From Raillietiella orientalis (lineage: Eukaryota): a stretch of DNA of 64,000 bases. The notes below the pieces were generated by a model that saw only the letters and a program-made list of their open reading frames with translations, had not been told where the DNA came from and searched no databases. The DNA lies in NCBI GenBank assembly GCA_036172245.1, contig JAYWIR010000031.1, positions 1,922,001 through 1,986,000 on the forward strand, in the 5' to 3' direction. Positions 1 through 11,865 of this stretch are shown here, piece after piece (positions within the stretch are counted from its first letter, which is position 1; each line of letters begins with the position of its first letter). The position numbers and the translations under genes were made by a program.

Positions 1-400
1 CCGACAACTGCTAATCTGTCGGCTGGAGTCTGCTTTCCGCTGGGAACGTGCCAAGCCAGCAATTGGCCCACGGGGATGCTCGAGAAAGCCTCGCGCTGCG
101 TGCGCTCTTTCTGTGGCGCCAGCGGACGCACGTGGTCACTCGCAAGGGAAGGGAGTCGCTTTTTTTCGCAATCTGGAGATGGTTTTTCAGATTTCCAAAG
201 CTTCTAACGGACGACTGCTATTTATCTCTTACTAGATGGCCATTTGGGGACTTCTGCAGAGGACTATCCCGCGTGAAGCACGCGGTACGTTCCTCGCCAT
301 GAGCCATCATCGTCTACCATCATCTCCCGTAGGGCGAAGATGGTGTCTTTCCATTATATACGGCGAAGGGATGATTAGCAGCAGGACAAGATTAGCCCGC

Positions 401-466
401 GTCGGAGGCTTTGTGGTTAAGGTTTCCGCGCGTGGCACCATGCGTCGCGGGTTCGAATACTTCGGC
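401..466 (+). mobile_element. tRNA-derived (SINE-head-like) sequence, copy 1
   Basis: A-box-like TGTGGTTAAGG and B-box GGTTCGAATAC. GTCGGAG/CTTCGGC can pair as an acceptor stem, but the 3' T-stem is missing, so this is not a functional tRNA. It shares 16/16 nt (GCGTCGCGGGTTCGAA) with 9479-9494. Confidence 0.55.
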
Positions 467-699
467 AGATAACTGACGCCACTGCGTCGTTGGGTTCCGA
501 GTTTCTCCTGCAATGGCGCTGATTGGCTTAATCATTCGGGCGTGGCACCGGTGGTGCTTTAAGCCGGAGGCCCCTGCTGAAGGCCCGAACAGTCGGAGTC
601 GACCTTCGAGTCCTTCCAGGAATCAAGGAGTGGGGAGTTCCCCCTCCGGTCGTACAACGGAGAGCGGACCCCCCACATCGGGGGGACCCTTCCGGTTTC

Positions 700-1195
700 A
701 AGATGGAGCAGGAGCCTTCACAGGCACCTCTCCAGTTGTTCAAAGGAGCGGACCCCCCTGTTGCGGGAGGGACCCTCCGAGTCGTCGCCTCTTCACAGAG
801 TGCAAGGAAGCAAGCGAGAGCGATTCCCCTGCGGGAATCTACAACGCCTCTTCTGAATTTCGGAAGCATCCCTTCGGGTTCTCTTCAGAGGAGTGAACAG
901 GAGCGTTTCCCTTGCGGGTTCCCTCCGGAGAAGAAATTCCCACTAGCGGATCCTTTCCGGGTTCCCTCCGGAGAAGATGAAATGGAGAGGACGTTCCAGA
1001 GGGGGCCCTCCGGAGAGAATGAGGAAGGAGATTCCCTTCTGGGGTCCCCTTCGAAGACAACCAGAGTGCGATCCCCCTCCCCAAACGTGAGAGGAACGGA
1101 CTCCGAGTCCTTCCTGGATTCATAGGGTGGAACCCCCCTTCCGGGGTGCCCCTATCTTGAAGAACAACACGCATTCTCCGCGGGTGACGTGGAAC
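700..1195. repeat. Dispersed repeat family X, copy 1, with internal ~40-bp imperfect tandem units (GGGTTCCCTCCGGAGAAG core)
   Basis: Colinear with ~11490-11865. Shared blocks include GGGTTCTCTTCAGAGGAG, CCCTC(C/T)GGAGA(G/A)AAT(G/A)AGGAAG and CCTTCCTGG..TCATAGGGTGG...CCCTATCT...ACACGCA. Confidence 0.7.
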
Positions 1196-2399
1196 CGTGT
1201 TAGAGAGCCACGTGCGCCGCGAGGCACGCGACCGGCTCTTGAGGTACTTAGCGAACCAAAAAGAAAAGAGTAGCAGGAAAGAACTGTAATTGAACTGAAA
1301 GAGGAAACCATCACCTGAAGAGCAACTGTGCCAAGCATTCTTGGTCTCCCTTTGCGCACCTCCACAAGTAAAACGGGAAGGGTTGAAACATTGGGAGATT
1401 TCCAAACGAGTCGGACCTGGCAATGGCGTTGAGGGGACTCACAAGCGAGCGGTGCCAAGGGTGTTCCAGGCAAACCAAGCGGCGATGATCATCCTGCATG
1501 GCACGCGTGCACCGTGAGGAAAAAGAGGCCCCCGTGCTCTGAAAGAACTCTTCCGAAGGTCGTCGATGTGGAAGCCATCCAATGGTTCGGGTCTACAGGA
1601 CCGAAAAAGTCTCAAGACACAGGACATTCCGTGCTACCAGAATCCCGAGTTCCAGATACCAGGAGTTGCAGATTTCTGATCGAGGGAATGCACAGATGGA
1701 AATGCACTACTGGAGGAGCAAGCGTCTTGGCAAGAAGTGCGGTGGGGTGGAATACCCTCGGTTTGCACCTTCTTTATCGATGCAGGCTGGTTCAGGGGAA
1801 TGACAACTGGCCACAACACCGCAGCTTCCATCCTCTGTTCGTATCAATCATGAATACAAGAACCCCTGCAACGAAGATTCTCTAACCGGCCATTTTCCTG
1901 TGTGCAGTCGGTTTGAGTCCCGAAGATCAGCAACGTGGGATGCCACCGACACACTTTGGTTTCCACACAAAGCCTTCCTGAGGAATCCCCACCACCGACT
2001 TGAACGCAGTGCTGCAAGGAAGCCAGAACTGGAGACGTTCCGATTTCTGCAGCCTTCGTCCTGTTTTGCTTGGTAGCTCAGCTGAGCAAGAAGTAGAGGA
2101 ACACAAATTCCCAGCCGCTCCGAGATCACTCGAGCCTCGCGTCAGGGAATCTTGTCTAAATCCTGTGTTTCGTGGCGGGACCCGTTCCTTTTTATCCGTT
2201 CCATCAGAAATGGGAATCCCTTTTCTTTTCCCTTGAATAAGAAACACCTAATTGATATGCCTCTTCTGTGTCCGAAGGAGTCAAAGGCTCTGTCTTATTA
2301 GCAAGGAATGCCAGCATAAGCTTGGAAATTCAAAGCGCTGCCGAAGCCATTAATTTACAGGGCTTTAACGAACAAGGAGATGCACTATCAGTATTTGAA

Positions 2400-3100
2400 T
2401 TTAGTAAAAATTTGTGCGTGCTTCCTGTAAGAACGTGGGCCAGACTCTGGCAGGGAATGGCATGTCGAGATGGGCAGCAGTCGAAGTGGCGAACTTTTTC
2501 AGGCGATCTTCGGCTTTGCGGCGGACCAACGGTAAAACAGCCATGGTGAGGAGGAGGAACCTATCCAGGATTAACCATGGATAAATTTTGCTTTCTGAAG
2601 ACCGTGATGGCTTCCCTCGTTTCATTATCTGGATGTCCTGCGGATAGGCGACCTTCCTGTTTGCATGGGAGACACCGCTTGCACAAAGCGAGTGCGTGTA
2701 TCGTGCACGCTGTGCAAATGTTGCCATTCTTATTCAAACACTCCAAGATAGAGTGTCTTCATTTGCAGCCGGAATCCAAGAGAAAGGAACGGGAAAGCAT
2801 AAGCATCTTCCGGATCATTTCAGGTCACCGCATCGACCAGTCGAGTCGGGGCAATCATCGGCGAATGCGTTTCGTGAAAATGATTTACATCATCATTCTC
2901 TTGCATTCTTCCATGCTGCACATCCGAAGGAAGGACCAGACGTGACGTTGTCTAATAGATCCGTTCTATTAGAGATCGCCGCCCTATTGCTCGCTGCGGA
3001 ATATTTGGTAAGCACCACTGGCATTTCCTTTTTTGGCCTTCATGACGTGATCCGTGGATCGATTCTTCATTAGGCCGTACACTCTTTGACCCTGTGGCAT
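2400..3100 (-). mobile_element. Decayed non-LTR retrotransposon reverse transcriptase fragment
   Basis: Minus-strand motifs in the canonical order MPQG (3100-3089), FADD (2865-2854), YLGV (2750-2739), broken by stops and frameshifts. Confidence 0.65.
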
Positions 3101-4499
3101 GAGATTTAATGAGAAGTTTGGATTGTCTTTATGAAATGAGCAGAAATCATCACAGCCAGAAAGCGCGTTTGTGCGCAGCTAATTATCTCGTAGCAACGAC
3201 GTAAGCCGGCCCTCCCCCCCCCCCCCTGCCTCCCTGATAATCTTTGGGCAAACAAAGAGGTAAAATAAGACAGAGCCACTCTCGGTCTTCACTTGGGCTG
3301 GGGCAGAGGATCAGAAGCGTACAAAGGGTGGGCCTTCTCGGGTTGCATGGGAATGTTCGAACCAAAGCTTCCTCAGGTTGAGGCCGAAACGTGTTTTTCG
3401 CGTCCTCCCCCCACCCCCGCCAACTCCCTCAGTTCACCTTCCAAATTAGCTTCGACTCCTTATCTCCTTTGACTCGCGTTCTTCCCCTTGCTCCCTTTGC
3501 AACGGGGCACTTCCTGTCCCGACCGGTGAAAACGTGCAGCTCAGCAGAGGAATGGAAACTCTCTCACAGGCCGTGCGCTCCGGACGCTGAGCTTCCCGTG
3601 ACGGTGAGCGGCCCGGATTTTCCCCTCCGAGACGGTTCTGGGCTCTTCCCGCCCGACCGCGAGAATAGACGGTCGTTGCCCAGCGCCGGCGAGACTCGAA
3701 CGAGCGCGCGCGCGCGCGCGCCCGACACTTCCCCGTCTCCATGCCGACGGCCAACAATCGCCTGGAACGGAAGCGCGCCGAACATGAAACCACGTGAGCA
3801 CAGGCGTCCGCCGTCGCCATGCAGCTCTTTCCGCGCCGATTCCGCCCGACCTTCCTCGAAATACGAGGGCGCGCACGATTGCATTGCGGGACGGGGGAGA
3901 GGGGAGGGGGGGGGGGGGGGAACGCGCCTCTTCATCATCGGCTCCTTGCATTCTGCTTGAGAGACGTCTCCCGGCTCCCGCTCACCTTGAAACACCGGAG
4001 CTCACGAGGAAGGAAAACACAACTTGGCGTTCGCGGAAACAAACCGACTCGAAAGCAAACAGCGCAGCCCTAATTGGGATAACTTCGAGTTTTTCGCAAA
4101 TCCAAGGAATACGCGCGCATCTGCAAGGAGCATCATTGCTCCGGCAGCAGAACGGAATGCTCAGAAGCCAGCTTTTGCATTGCCCAAACACGGCTGAAGA
4201 GATGAAACACCTGCGTGACGTGGGAGGCGTTTGTCATTCTTGTGCCAGTTTCTTCTGCTCATGGGATGCACAGTTCGTGCTTGCAGCAGTGCGTTGGCAT
4301 GCATCTGTTCCTGGATGCGTTTTCTTCAGATGCTCCTGGAGGTGCCCGGACGTGGAAGAAATGAGTTCTTGCTCCTCAAGCAGCTGGGCTTTCTGTCCTC
4401 ATGGCCAGTAAGGAAAGAACCTGTTCCGGGAAACGCCGCCTTCCCGTCGCTGGTCGAGGAGCTTCCCATTTGGGCCAGGAGTGGTCGCCTCCTCTCTCC

Positions 4500-5280
4500 T
4501 GTCCCAGGCTTCCCTTGTGATCCTCCGCCGTTGGGAAGTGGCCAGAAAAGGACTCTCCCTCCTTCCGGCAACTTCCTTCGAAACCTCGTCGATCACGACG
4601 CGACGTTCGATGGAAGGTGGGAGCGGAGGGACGAGATCAGCCAAGCTGCTTGGCCCCGTTCGTCCTCCGAACGGAGCCCGCGGGGAAGACGGGCTCGATT
4701 TGGTCGGTGACCCGTGCTCTCCTTCCGGTACCTGCCCCCACCCCCACAATTCTACATGCAAGTGCAGACAACACATCCTTCTCCACGTTGTCTGTCGGTT
4801 GGGGGTTCGCACCTCGTCCTTCTCTTGGATGCCACGATCTCAAGGGTCCCTGGGACTCCTGCCTTTCCTGTAAACGGGACTCCTTTCGAGACAAAACGGT
4901 TGGCAATTGTGGGTATTGGTGCCAGTCTTCCGTATGTGTTCCTTTTGTTCCGCCTCGCGCCTTCCATTGCCTTCAGCTTGGCGTCCGTGAGGACACACCG
5001 TGCCGTCTACGGTGACCACGGCCGACCCTAAGGTTCCTGCAGATGATCTGGCTGGAAGTCCACACTGTCTGAAGGTCCACACGCTTGACCTGTAGCGCAA
5101 TCTCGTCTGTGGATGATCCGGAGATCATCGTATGGCAGCTGGTTGGAATCCTCTAAGTCAGGATTGAGGGTCGTGTATGGATGGGGTGAAGAAGGATTTT
5201 GTTGCAAGTATCCTTTGCATTCTTCCCGTCGTCTGTGGATTCGCTCAACCCTAAACTCTGGTAGGCGCGATGCTCGCACA
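4500..5280 (-). mobile_element. Possible decayed non-LTR RT fragment
   Basis: KGYLQQNPSSPHPY (like GVxQGxPLSPxLF), then YDDLRII (like YADDLxL), then FRQCGL and LFWPLPNGGG (like LYxPxxxGGxGL). Very degenerate. Confidence 0.4.
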
Positions 5281-7099
5281 GCTCCCGGTTGCGTCAGGAC
5301 GTTTATTTTGAAAAAAACAAAGCAAACTGCAAGGAGGAGGGGAAGAAGGGCATCCCCTCTAAAACAAGAAATGCCCCCCGAAAAAGTCGTTCAGGTTGAC
5401 AACCGGTCCGCAAACCGGCTTCCAGAAAGTAGGGAACAGAGTCAGGGGACAAAAAAAACAAATAAATAAAAAGACGGGAAGGTGGTCTTTGGTGTGAGAC
5501 GTTCCTTATTTCTTAAAAGAGCCTCTGGATGGTGGCGATCTCCCTGGCGACTTCTGGCAGATGAGACCACTTTGTTGCTGCGAACCTGACTCCAACACGT
5601 GGCGGACTGTCACTATGGCGCCGATGCAACAGATGGTTACGATCAGAGCGCCCTTCTTCAGTCGGCTTTCTGGTTTGACACCCGGTTGCGCCGGAGCGTT
5701 TATTTATAAAATAAACATACAAAGTCAATGGCAGGACACATGGTCCTGCCACGTTACATTTGTATACAAAAAGGAACCTGCCGAGAACCAGAGAGCAGAC
5801 CAGAGAGGTTCGCCTCGGCAGCAGAGGGGAAGGGCAAACAAACAAAAAGAAACATAAAACAAAAAAATATCTACGAAAAAATTGAGAGGGCTCGAGAAAA
5901 GATCACCGGGTGCTAGAGGGCGTCCTCTGCATCCTTGTAAGGATGCCGACGGTCCCCAGATGGGGCCATCTTGACGCTATCCTCGTGAAGAGGATGGCAA
6001 AATAGATGGCGTCCCTGTGGTTCTCGCCTCCTCTTGCTTTGCTGCTCCATGCAGCCACGATCCCGCGTAGGCAGCACAGGGCTGCTAGGGGTGCGCCGGC
6101 ATGAGGGCGTCGCACAGGAAGAGGGGCTTCAGAACATCTTCGGGATTGCCCTTGGGGTTCCGCAGGGACGCAGCACGGGAACAAAGGGGGCAGGTCCTCT
6201 TTCTATGAAGAAGCGTCGCAGAAAGTCCTTAGCAGTGTCCTGCGATCGACGGAGCGCCGAAGCGAGCTGCACCCCAAGTCATCGAGGGAACTGAAGTCCA
6301 ACAAAAGGTACGGGAGCGATTCCGTCGCCCCGCACCTGGAACAGCTCGGGGAGGCAACTCCCCGGACACAGGGGGTAGGTTCAGTCAAGCACACGTATCC
6401 CTCCGCAGTTGGTCCATCTCTGTCCGAGACACGTTCGACAAAACCTACCGTAGGAGAACCTACGTTCCTGATACCCTGAGTCAAAGAACGGATCACGTCC
6501 CGCTCTCCAGGTTAGGAAGAAAGGACGAAGGAACGAAAAGAAAAGCGCAGTTCCGTCGAGGCCCACGATCCAGGCTGGGCGCTTCCTTCCTGCTCCTTCG
6601 GAGTTCCTCAACGCCACCGGCGCTCTCTGACGAGCGTCATCCGCAGTCGCCTAAACCCAAGGCTCGATTCGCGCGGTCTCTTCGATCCGAACGATCTGAT
6701 TTCAGAACGACCTTGCTCGTCCCGCGCTTCACCCTTGAGTGAAATAATGAGCATCTGGAGCCGTTGAAATTAGCCAGACGAGTAAACAAAGAAATGGCAG
6801 GTCCTCGGTCCTTTCCGTTTCACAACCTTTGCAGACTGCGGGCGAGGCCGGAGCTCTTTTGTGTGGTGAAGAGCAGGTGATGGAGTGGCGAGGCTGCCGA
6901 GGTTCGTTCGCTCTTCGTGTAGGTCCCGATAAGAGCGGAGTCTGCCCGGCCCTGGTGATGAAGTCGAGCATCTAGTCTGCTTCCCAGAGCACAAACCACA
7001 CGCCCGCAAGAAATGCATGCGTTCTGAACCATCAGATGACCTCCTGGAACCTCACGAGCGCTGCTTGGCAGGAATTCCGGAAAAAAATGGGTTTCTTCA

Positions 7100-7690
7100 A
7101 ATCGGGAAAATTCGAGGAAAGCGGAGGAAAAAAAATAAATAAATCTTTTGCTCGAACCGGGAACCCCCGCTCCATGCATGTGAGTGTCAGAAGACGTTCC
7201 GGGAGACTTCGGATTTTCAATAACTTCCTCAAGGAAAGAAGAACCGAATATTTGATCCGGGTATTCATCTGTAACAGCGCGCAGACACTTGGATTTTTCA
7301 ATTTCGACATCACTTGGGATATTTTCCTCTGGAACAACTCGTTCGTTCCCATGCGCTCTCCTCAGTCTAATGAATAACCTCATGGTGACAGTGCAGATGG
7401 CACAGAGATCGACGGAAGTTTTGCCGTTCGGAATGACGCCGTCTCGACGATGACGGATCATCATTTGGCAAGGTACGTCGCTATGCCATCACGGTACCCC
7501 TGCTCTCTGGGAAGTTCGAGCCATTCACGAACCCGGATAATGATGATCCCAGCCAGTCCCTTAGATAGTCCTTTGGCTTCCTGTGGGATTCGCTTCGTCC
7601 TGCCTTTCTTTTACACAGATCTTCCTTCCTTGGCTTCCAGTAGTTTCAAACATCACAGGAGAATGCGATGCTGCATGGGACGACCGTTTC
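7100..7690 (-). mobile_element. Decayed Ty3/Gypsy reverse transcriptase fragment
   Basis: Across frameshifts and in the expected order: SPVMF..GRKICV (like SPIVxV..GxLRICVD), ELFQRKISQVMSKL (like PExFQRKMSQxL), DE..QIFGSSFLEE..EN (like DDILIFGxSxEEHxxNL). Confidence 0.6.
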
Positions 7691-7779
7691 TTTTTCTTGT
7701 GCTTTTGACGTTTGTTTAATATAACGAGATGTGGGATTCATTTTCTTCATCTGATCGTCCTCGCTGTGGTTGCTGCTCT

Positions 7780-7948
7780 TGCTCGCTGGTGGCTCCGAAC
7801 CCGAGCTCATTTGAGCGTCCAGACAGTGCTGCGCTCTTCCCGCGCCGTCCTTCTCGAGTTCTCTCTGCCTGCTCCAGAGGGACTTTCCCGACTTTCCTCG
7901 GCACTTCGTCCCGTTCTTCAGGCCGCGGGACTCCAGGCCGCCCGCTAG
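7780..7948 (+). repeat. Partial copy of repeat family Y (putative Gypsy LTR)
   Basis: Colinear with 10482-10650 (CTCGCTGGTGG..CCGAA..GAGCTC..GAGCGTCCAG..CTGCTCC..AGGGACTTT..CCTCGGCAC..TCTTCAGG..GGGACTCCAG). Confidence 0.7.
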
Positions 7949-8353
7949 GTGCGGGCGACCTTAGCCTTCTTCATCACCAGCATCCGGGTGAGAAGATGGT
8001 AGCTCCCTCAAGAGGAAAAAAGTGCCGGCAAAGGTCACCTTGCGCTCATCTCGCTGGGACTGCCGAAGAAGGACATCGCGGTCCTCAGTTGCAGGAAGGT
8101 GCCTGCGTGGACACTCAGGTGCATCCTGCAGAATCTGCAGATGAGCTGATGAGTGCAAAACAGGAGCAATACTCCTCCCTACTCTCCCAAAAGAGATGAG
8201 CGACAAGTAAACAGAGTTAGGACAGAACACCGGAATGCGACATTCAGTGTGGGCTTCAGTGCAAAACGAAGTGTTTACAAGTGTTGTTGAAACTCGGATA
8301 AAAATGTGTTCATTCTCTTTGCACTGCTTCATATATACATACATGAGCATATA

Positions 8354-9030
8354 TATATGGCGCATTTCAAAAGTAAGGGCGGATCGGATATAAAGAAAGA
8401 ACAAAGGAGAGAAACAAAAATGTATTGGTGGTTAGAAACACGTACACCTTCATGTCATTTTTCTACGGAATCACCATTTTTTTCCAAACACTTTAACACC
8501 GTGGAAGAAGCTTTTTCAAACCCTCTGCATGAAATTCCGTCGCCTGGAAGCTCAGCCAGTTCAGCAGCCACTGCAGTTTTCAACTTCTCACTTTCCCCCT
8601 CGAATCGTTGAGCCACTTCTGGAGGTGCAGGAAGACGTGGTAGTCACCGGGGGCGAGGTCAGGACTGGGTGATGAAAAAGTTCCCATTTGAGTTTCTCAT
8701 TGTTTGGAATGTGCGAACAGCATGTGTTGCCAAGGCGCACGTTGTCATGAAGAAGAACAATTCTCGATCTCAGCATCCCACGTGGTTGGTTCGGCTGGAT
8801 GGTCCGCTGCAGTGTTGAAAGTGTTTCACGGTGGACTTGCGAAGTGTTGGCTGTTCCAGGCTCCATAAAGTCCACCAAAGGCACACACCCTTTTGGTCCC
8901 ACGCACTGCTGTCCGCACATTCCAGACCATTCAGAAAGTCAAAGAGGAGCTTTTTGACCTTTGCTTTTTGACCGAGCTTTTGTTCTTTCTTTACATCCGA
9001 TTGGCTCTTACTGTTGAGATGCGCCTCGTA
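8354..9030 (-). mobile_element. Internally deleted mariner (Tc1/mariner) DNA transposon with both TIRs
   Basis: About 50-bp imperfect TIRs: left TATATGGCGCATTTCAAAAGTAAGGGCGGATCGGATATAAAGAAAGAACAAA versus the reverse complement of the right end TACGAGGCGCATCTCAACAGTAAGAGCCAATCGGATGTAAAGAAAGAACAAA, with TA at both ends. The minus strand encodes frameshifted mariner transposase C-terminal motifs: WDQKGV..VDFMEPG, RGML..IVLLHDN, KLKWELFHHP, EGLKKLLPR..KCLEKNGDSVEK*. Confidence 0.9.
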
Positions 9031-9431
9031 TATAACGTGAAGTGTTGGTTTCCTAGACACGCCTAAATGTCGAAAAAGAGGCAAGTTACATTCGGGAGTG
9101 AATTACGTTTTCACGTCTGATCTCTGCGGCAACAAGTCAAGTTGAGGAAAGATCTTTTCTTCGAAGCACCCATCAGCAGAGTTGTTGGCATCAAACTCCG
9201 GAAGAGGTATGAGCCGAACGCTTGGATCAGCATGCATGGCCTGCAGCAGCCGTTTCCATCAAGATTTTACTAGAAAGTATCCATTACCTCAGACGAGGAC
9301 TAGAGTTTTTTGTGATGGATGATGGCATTTCGTCCGTGAGGAGGAGAGCGCTCGTTTCAAAAGCAGGCAAAACGTGACAGACACATGCGGTCAAAGTCGA
9401 TGCTCCGCACTCTCCTTCAGCCAGCCAGGCC

Positions 9432-9500
9432 AGCGTTGGCGAACGTGCGACCACGGCGTTTCCGCCCACGGACACCTCGCGTCGCGGGTTCGAACCTAAG
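9432..9500 (+). mobile_element. tRNA-derived (SINE-head-like) sequence, copy 2
   Basis: TTTCCGC...CACC..GCGTCGCGGGTTCGAACC is colinear with 423-457 and the B-box is intact. Confidence 0.5.
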
Positions 9501-10267
9501 GGATCCCTACGAGGAGATCGGCGAAGAGTTCAATGCATCGCGGGTTTCGAGGTCTCCGCATGACGGCGCTAAGATGGCTCCAGGCTTCGGGTGAGCATCG
9601 ACGGGACGCTCTCGCCTTCGCGACCCGATGCCCCGTCGACTGGCAGTCCGGGAATCGGGATGGTTGCCTTCTGGTTCCGCTTCATCCGCTCCCACGCAAG
9701 GTCCCAAACAGCCTTGTGAGAGCCCCCATGTGGAGGTGTTGTCAAGCCGTCCGATGCTTCCCATGGAGTGAAGCAACCGTTCTTAGGTACTTGGAGAACT
9801 CCAAAAAAGGAAAACCGAAAAAAACAAAATGCCGGAAGGACGTGGAAAAGCAGAACACACGAATGCCCTCATCTCTTTCGGAATTCCATCATCTCTTTCA
9901 GGACTTCCTTTTCTTCTTCTTTGTTTGTCTGTCTATCCTCGAGAGTCACTGAGCTTCCACGGCTGAGCGGTAGCAAGTTCACCCCGCCACGGCTCGTACT
10001 TTTCGTTCTCGCCTCGGATCGGTTGCGCTTACTGAGGTCGCAGCAGTGGAACTCGGATGATCGCATCGAAGCAAATTGAAGATGTATAACAAAGTTTTAC
10101 GCGAAACGTGATGTCATACGAACCATCCGCGTCCGCGGCCATTCCTCGGATTGCACTGGCCTCTTCTGAATCCATGATTTTCCCTGCCCTCCCCTCATCC
10201 CCTCCTCTCGAAGCAATACAAGAATTCCCGCTCGTTCCATGCAGCAGGCCATGCTAGACGCAACCAG

Positions 10268-10832
10268 TGTTAGGCGCGACCAGGAAGACGTCCTTGATCT
10301 TTATCCTGGAAGAGGACCGTCATGTCTGACAGTTGGCAACCTCTTTTCCTGTAGCCATCAGTTGCGCTCGGGACTTTTCGAAATGGAAGCCAAAGGTGGA
10401 CTCCCCGAGGTTTGCAGCTTTCCCGGTCATCCGGTCGAAAGAACGATGCTGCGATCGTGGTCTCCGTGGATGCTGCTCTTACTCGCTGGTGGTCCGAAAC
10501 CTGAGCTCGCTCGAGCGTCCAGGCGGTGTTGAGCCCTTCCTGTGCCGTGCTTCGCCTCGGGTTCTCTCCGTCTGCTCCGAAGGGACTTTTTGGACTCTCC
10601 TCGGCACCTCGTCCGCTCTTCAGGTCCCGGGGACTCCAGACAGTCCACTACCGATGCTCGCACTCTCTGGAGGTGAAAGATTGAAACAGTCCCTTCCCCG
10701 GGTAGTTACTCCTAATCCCCCCATGCAGCGTTTCTTCCGTTATTATCCCGAACTCCCGACAGGGGCAGGAAGATCGAATAGGATGGCTGGACCCTCTCTT
10801 GAAAGCACCAGGTCTTGGGTTGATCCTGGAGC
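10268..10832 (+). repeat. Repeat family Y copy (putative solo or truncated LTR), flanked by ~85-bp direct repeats
   Basis: Begins TGTTAGG. Homologous to 7780-7948 (same strand) and to 22680-22843 (inverted). Flanking duplication at 10177-10259 and 10844-10932. Confidence 0.6.
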
Positions 10833-11489
10833 CACCAACTCCCATTTTCCCTGCCCTCCCCTCATTCCTGATTCCTTCCTCCCGAAGCAATGCAAGAATT
10901 CCCGCTCGTTCCATGCAGCAGGCATGCTAGACTCATTTGGCCATTTATGGCAGCGGCGCCGGTGAGTCCGAAGGGAAGGGAGATTTCCTTCTCCTAGGAA
11001 AGCGGAAAACTCCGAAATTCCATCTTGAAAAATGGAAAGCTGCGTGGCCATTCTTCATGAGAAGCAAGCACCGATATCAATGGAAACATCGGGTGAAGAT
11101 TTTCCTCCCGAGATTCTTCTTGCTTAAGATGCAAACGTAAGCGAAAATGGAGCTCCTAACAAAAAAAAAAGGCAAGAAACTGTGAATCGGGAGTTTCTCG
11201 ATGCCTGAGGATCAGCTAATGGTGTCATTACGATCTCCGACCTGACGTCTCAAACCTGCCCGCACTGGTGGCCGGCCGCGTGTCTGCGGTCTCGGTGCCA
11301 AGCGTTGTGAGTTGGAATCCCCATGTGGGAGGATAGCCTCACCCCTTCCTCCACGAGAAATGGGGGGGGGGGGGTCGTCGTGGGTTTTTCGTTCCCCCGG
11401 CAAGATGACTCTGGCTGGCCTTATACGCTTCGGTTACGGCACTGGTGGAAACCGTGTGCCCCTGGCCGGGACTGGAAGCAGACACCCTC

Positions 11490-11865
11490 CGGGGTCCTTC
11501 CAGGAGGCAAGGAGTCCTTCGGGGTTCCCCTCTGATAGTGAAAATGGAACCGTTCCCTCCCCCCTCCTCTACGGAGGTTGCCTATGCAGAGTGTCAGAAG
11601 CGCACTGCTCCTTTCCTTCCGGGGTTCTCTTCAGAGGAGCACCTGCAGGGAGCGATACCCTTGCGCGTTCCCTTCGGAGAAGAAACAATGGAGCGACCCC
11701 CACCGGGAGGTCCCTCTGGAGAAAATAAGGAAGAGGTTCCTGTAGGAGTTCCACTACCAAGGAGTCCTTCCTCCGGAGCCTTCCTGGGCTCATAGGGTGG
11801 TCTCCTCCTGTGGATACCCCCCCTATCTGTAAGACTTGACACGCACCCTCGGGTGGCGTGGACAG
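11490..11865. repeat. Dispersed repeat family X, copy 2
   Basis: Same orientation and block order as 700-1195. Both copies have a Pro/Gly-rich frame ending FL(D/G)S-TAG. Confidence 0.7.

Noticed and set aside
401..466. Functional tRNA gene
   Set aside because: The T-stem 3' strand is missing and the anticodon arm does not pair. Treated as a SINE-like head.
6007..6017. TGGCGTCCCTG resembling a tRNA-Asn primer-binding site
   Set aside because: Only 11 nt, not preceded by a CA LTR end, and no gag-like sequence follows.
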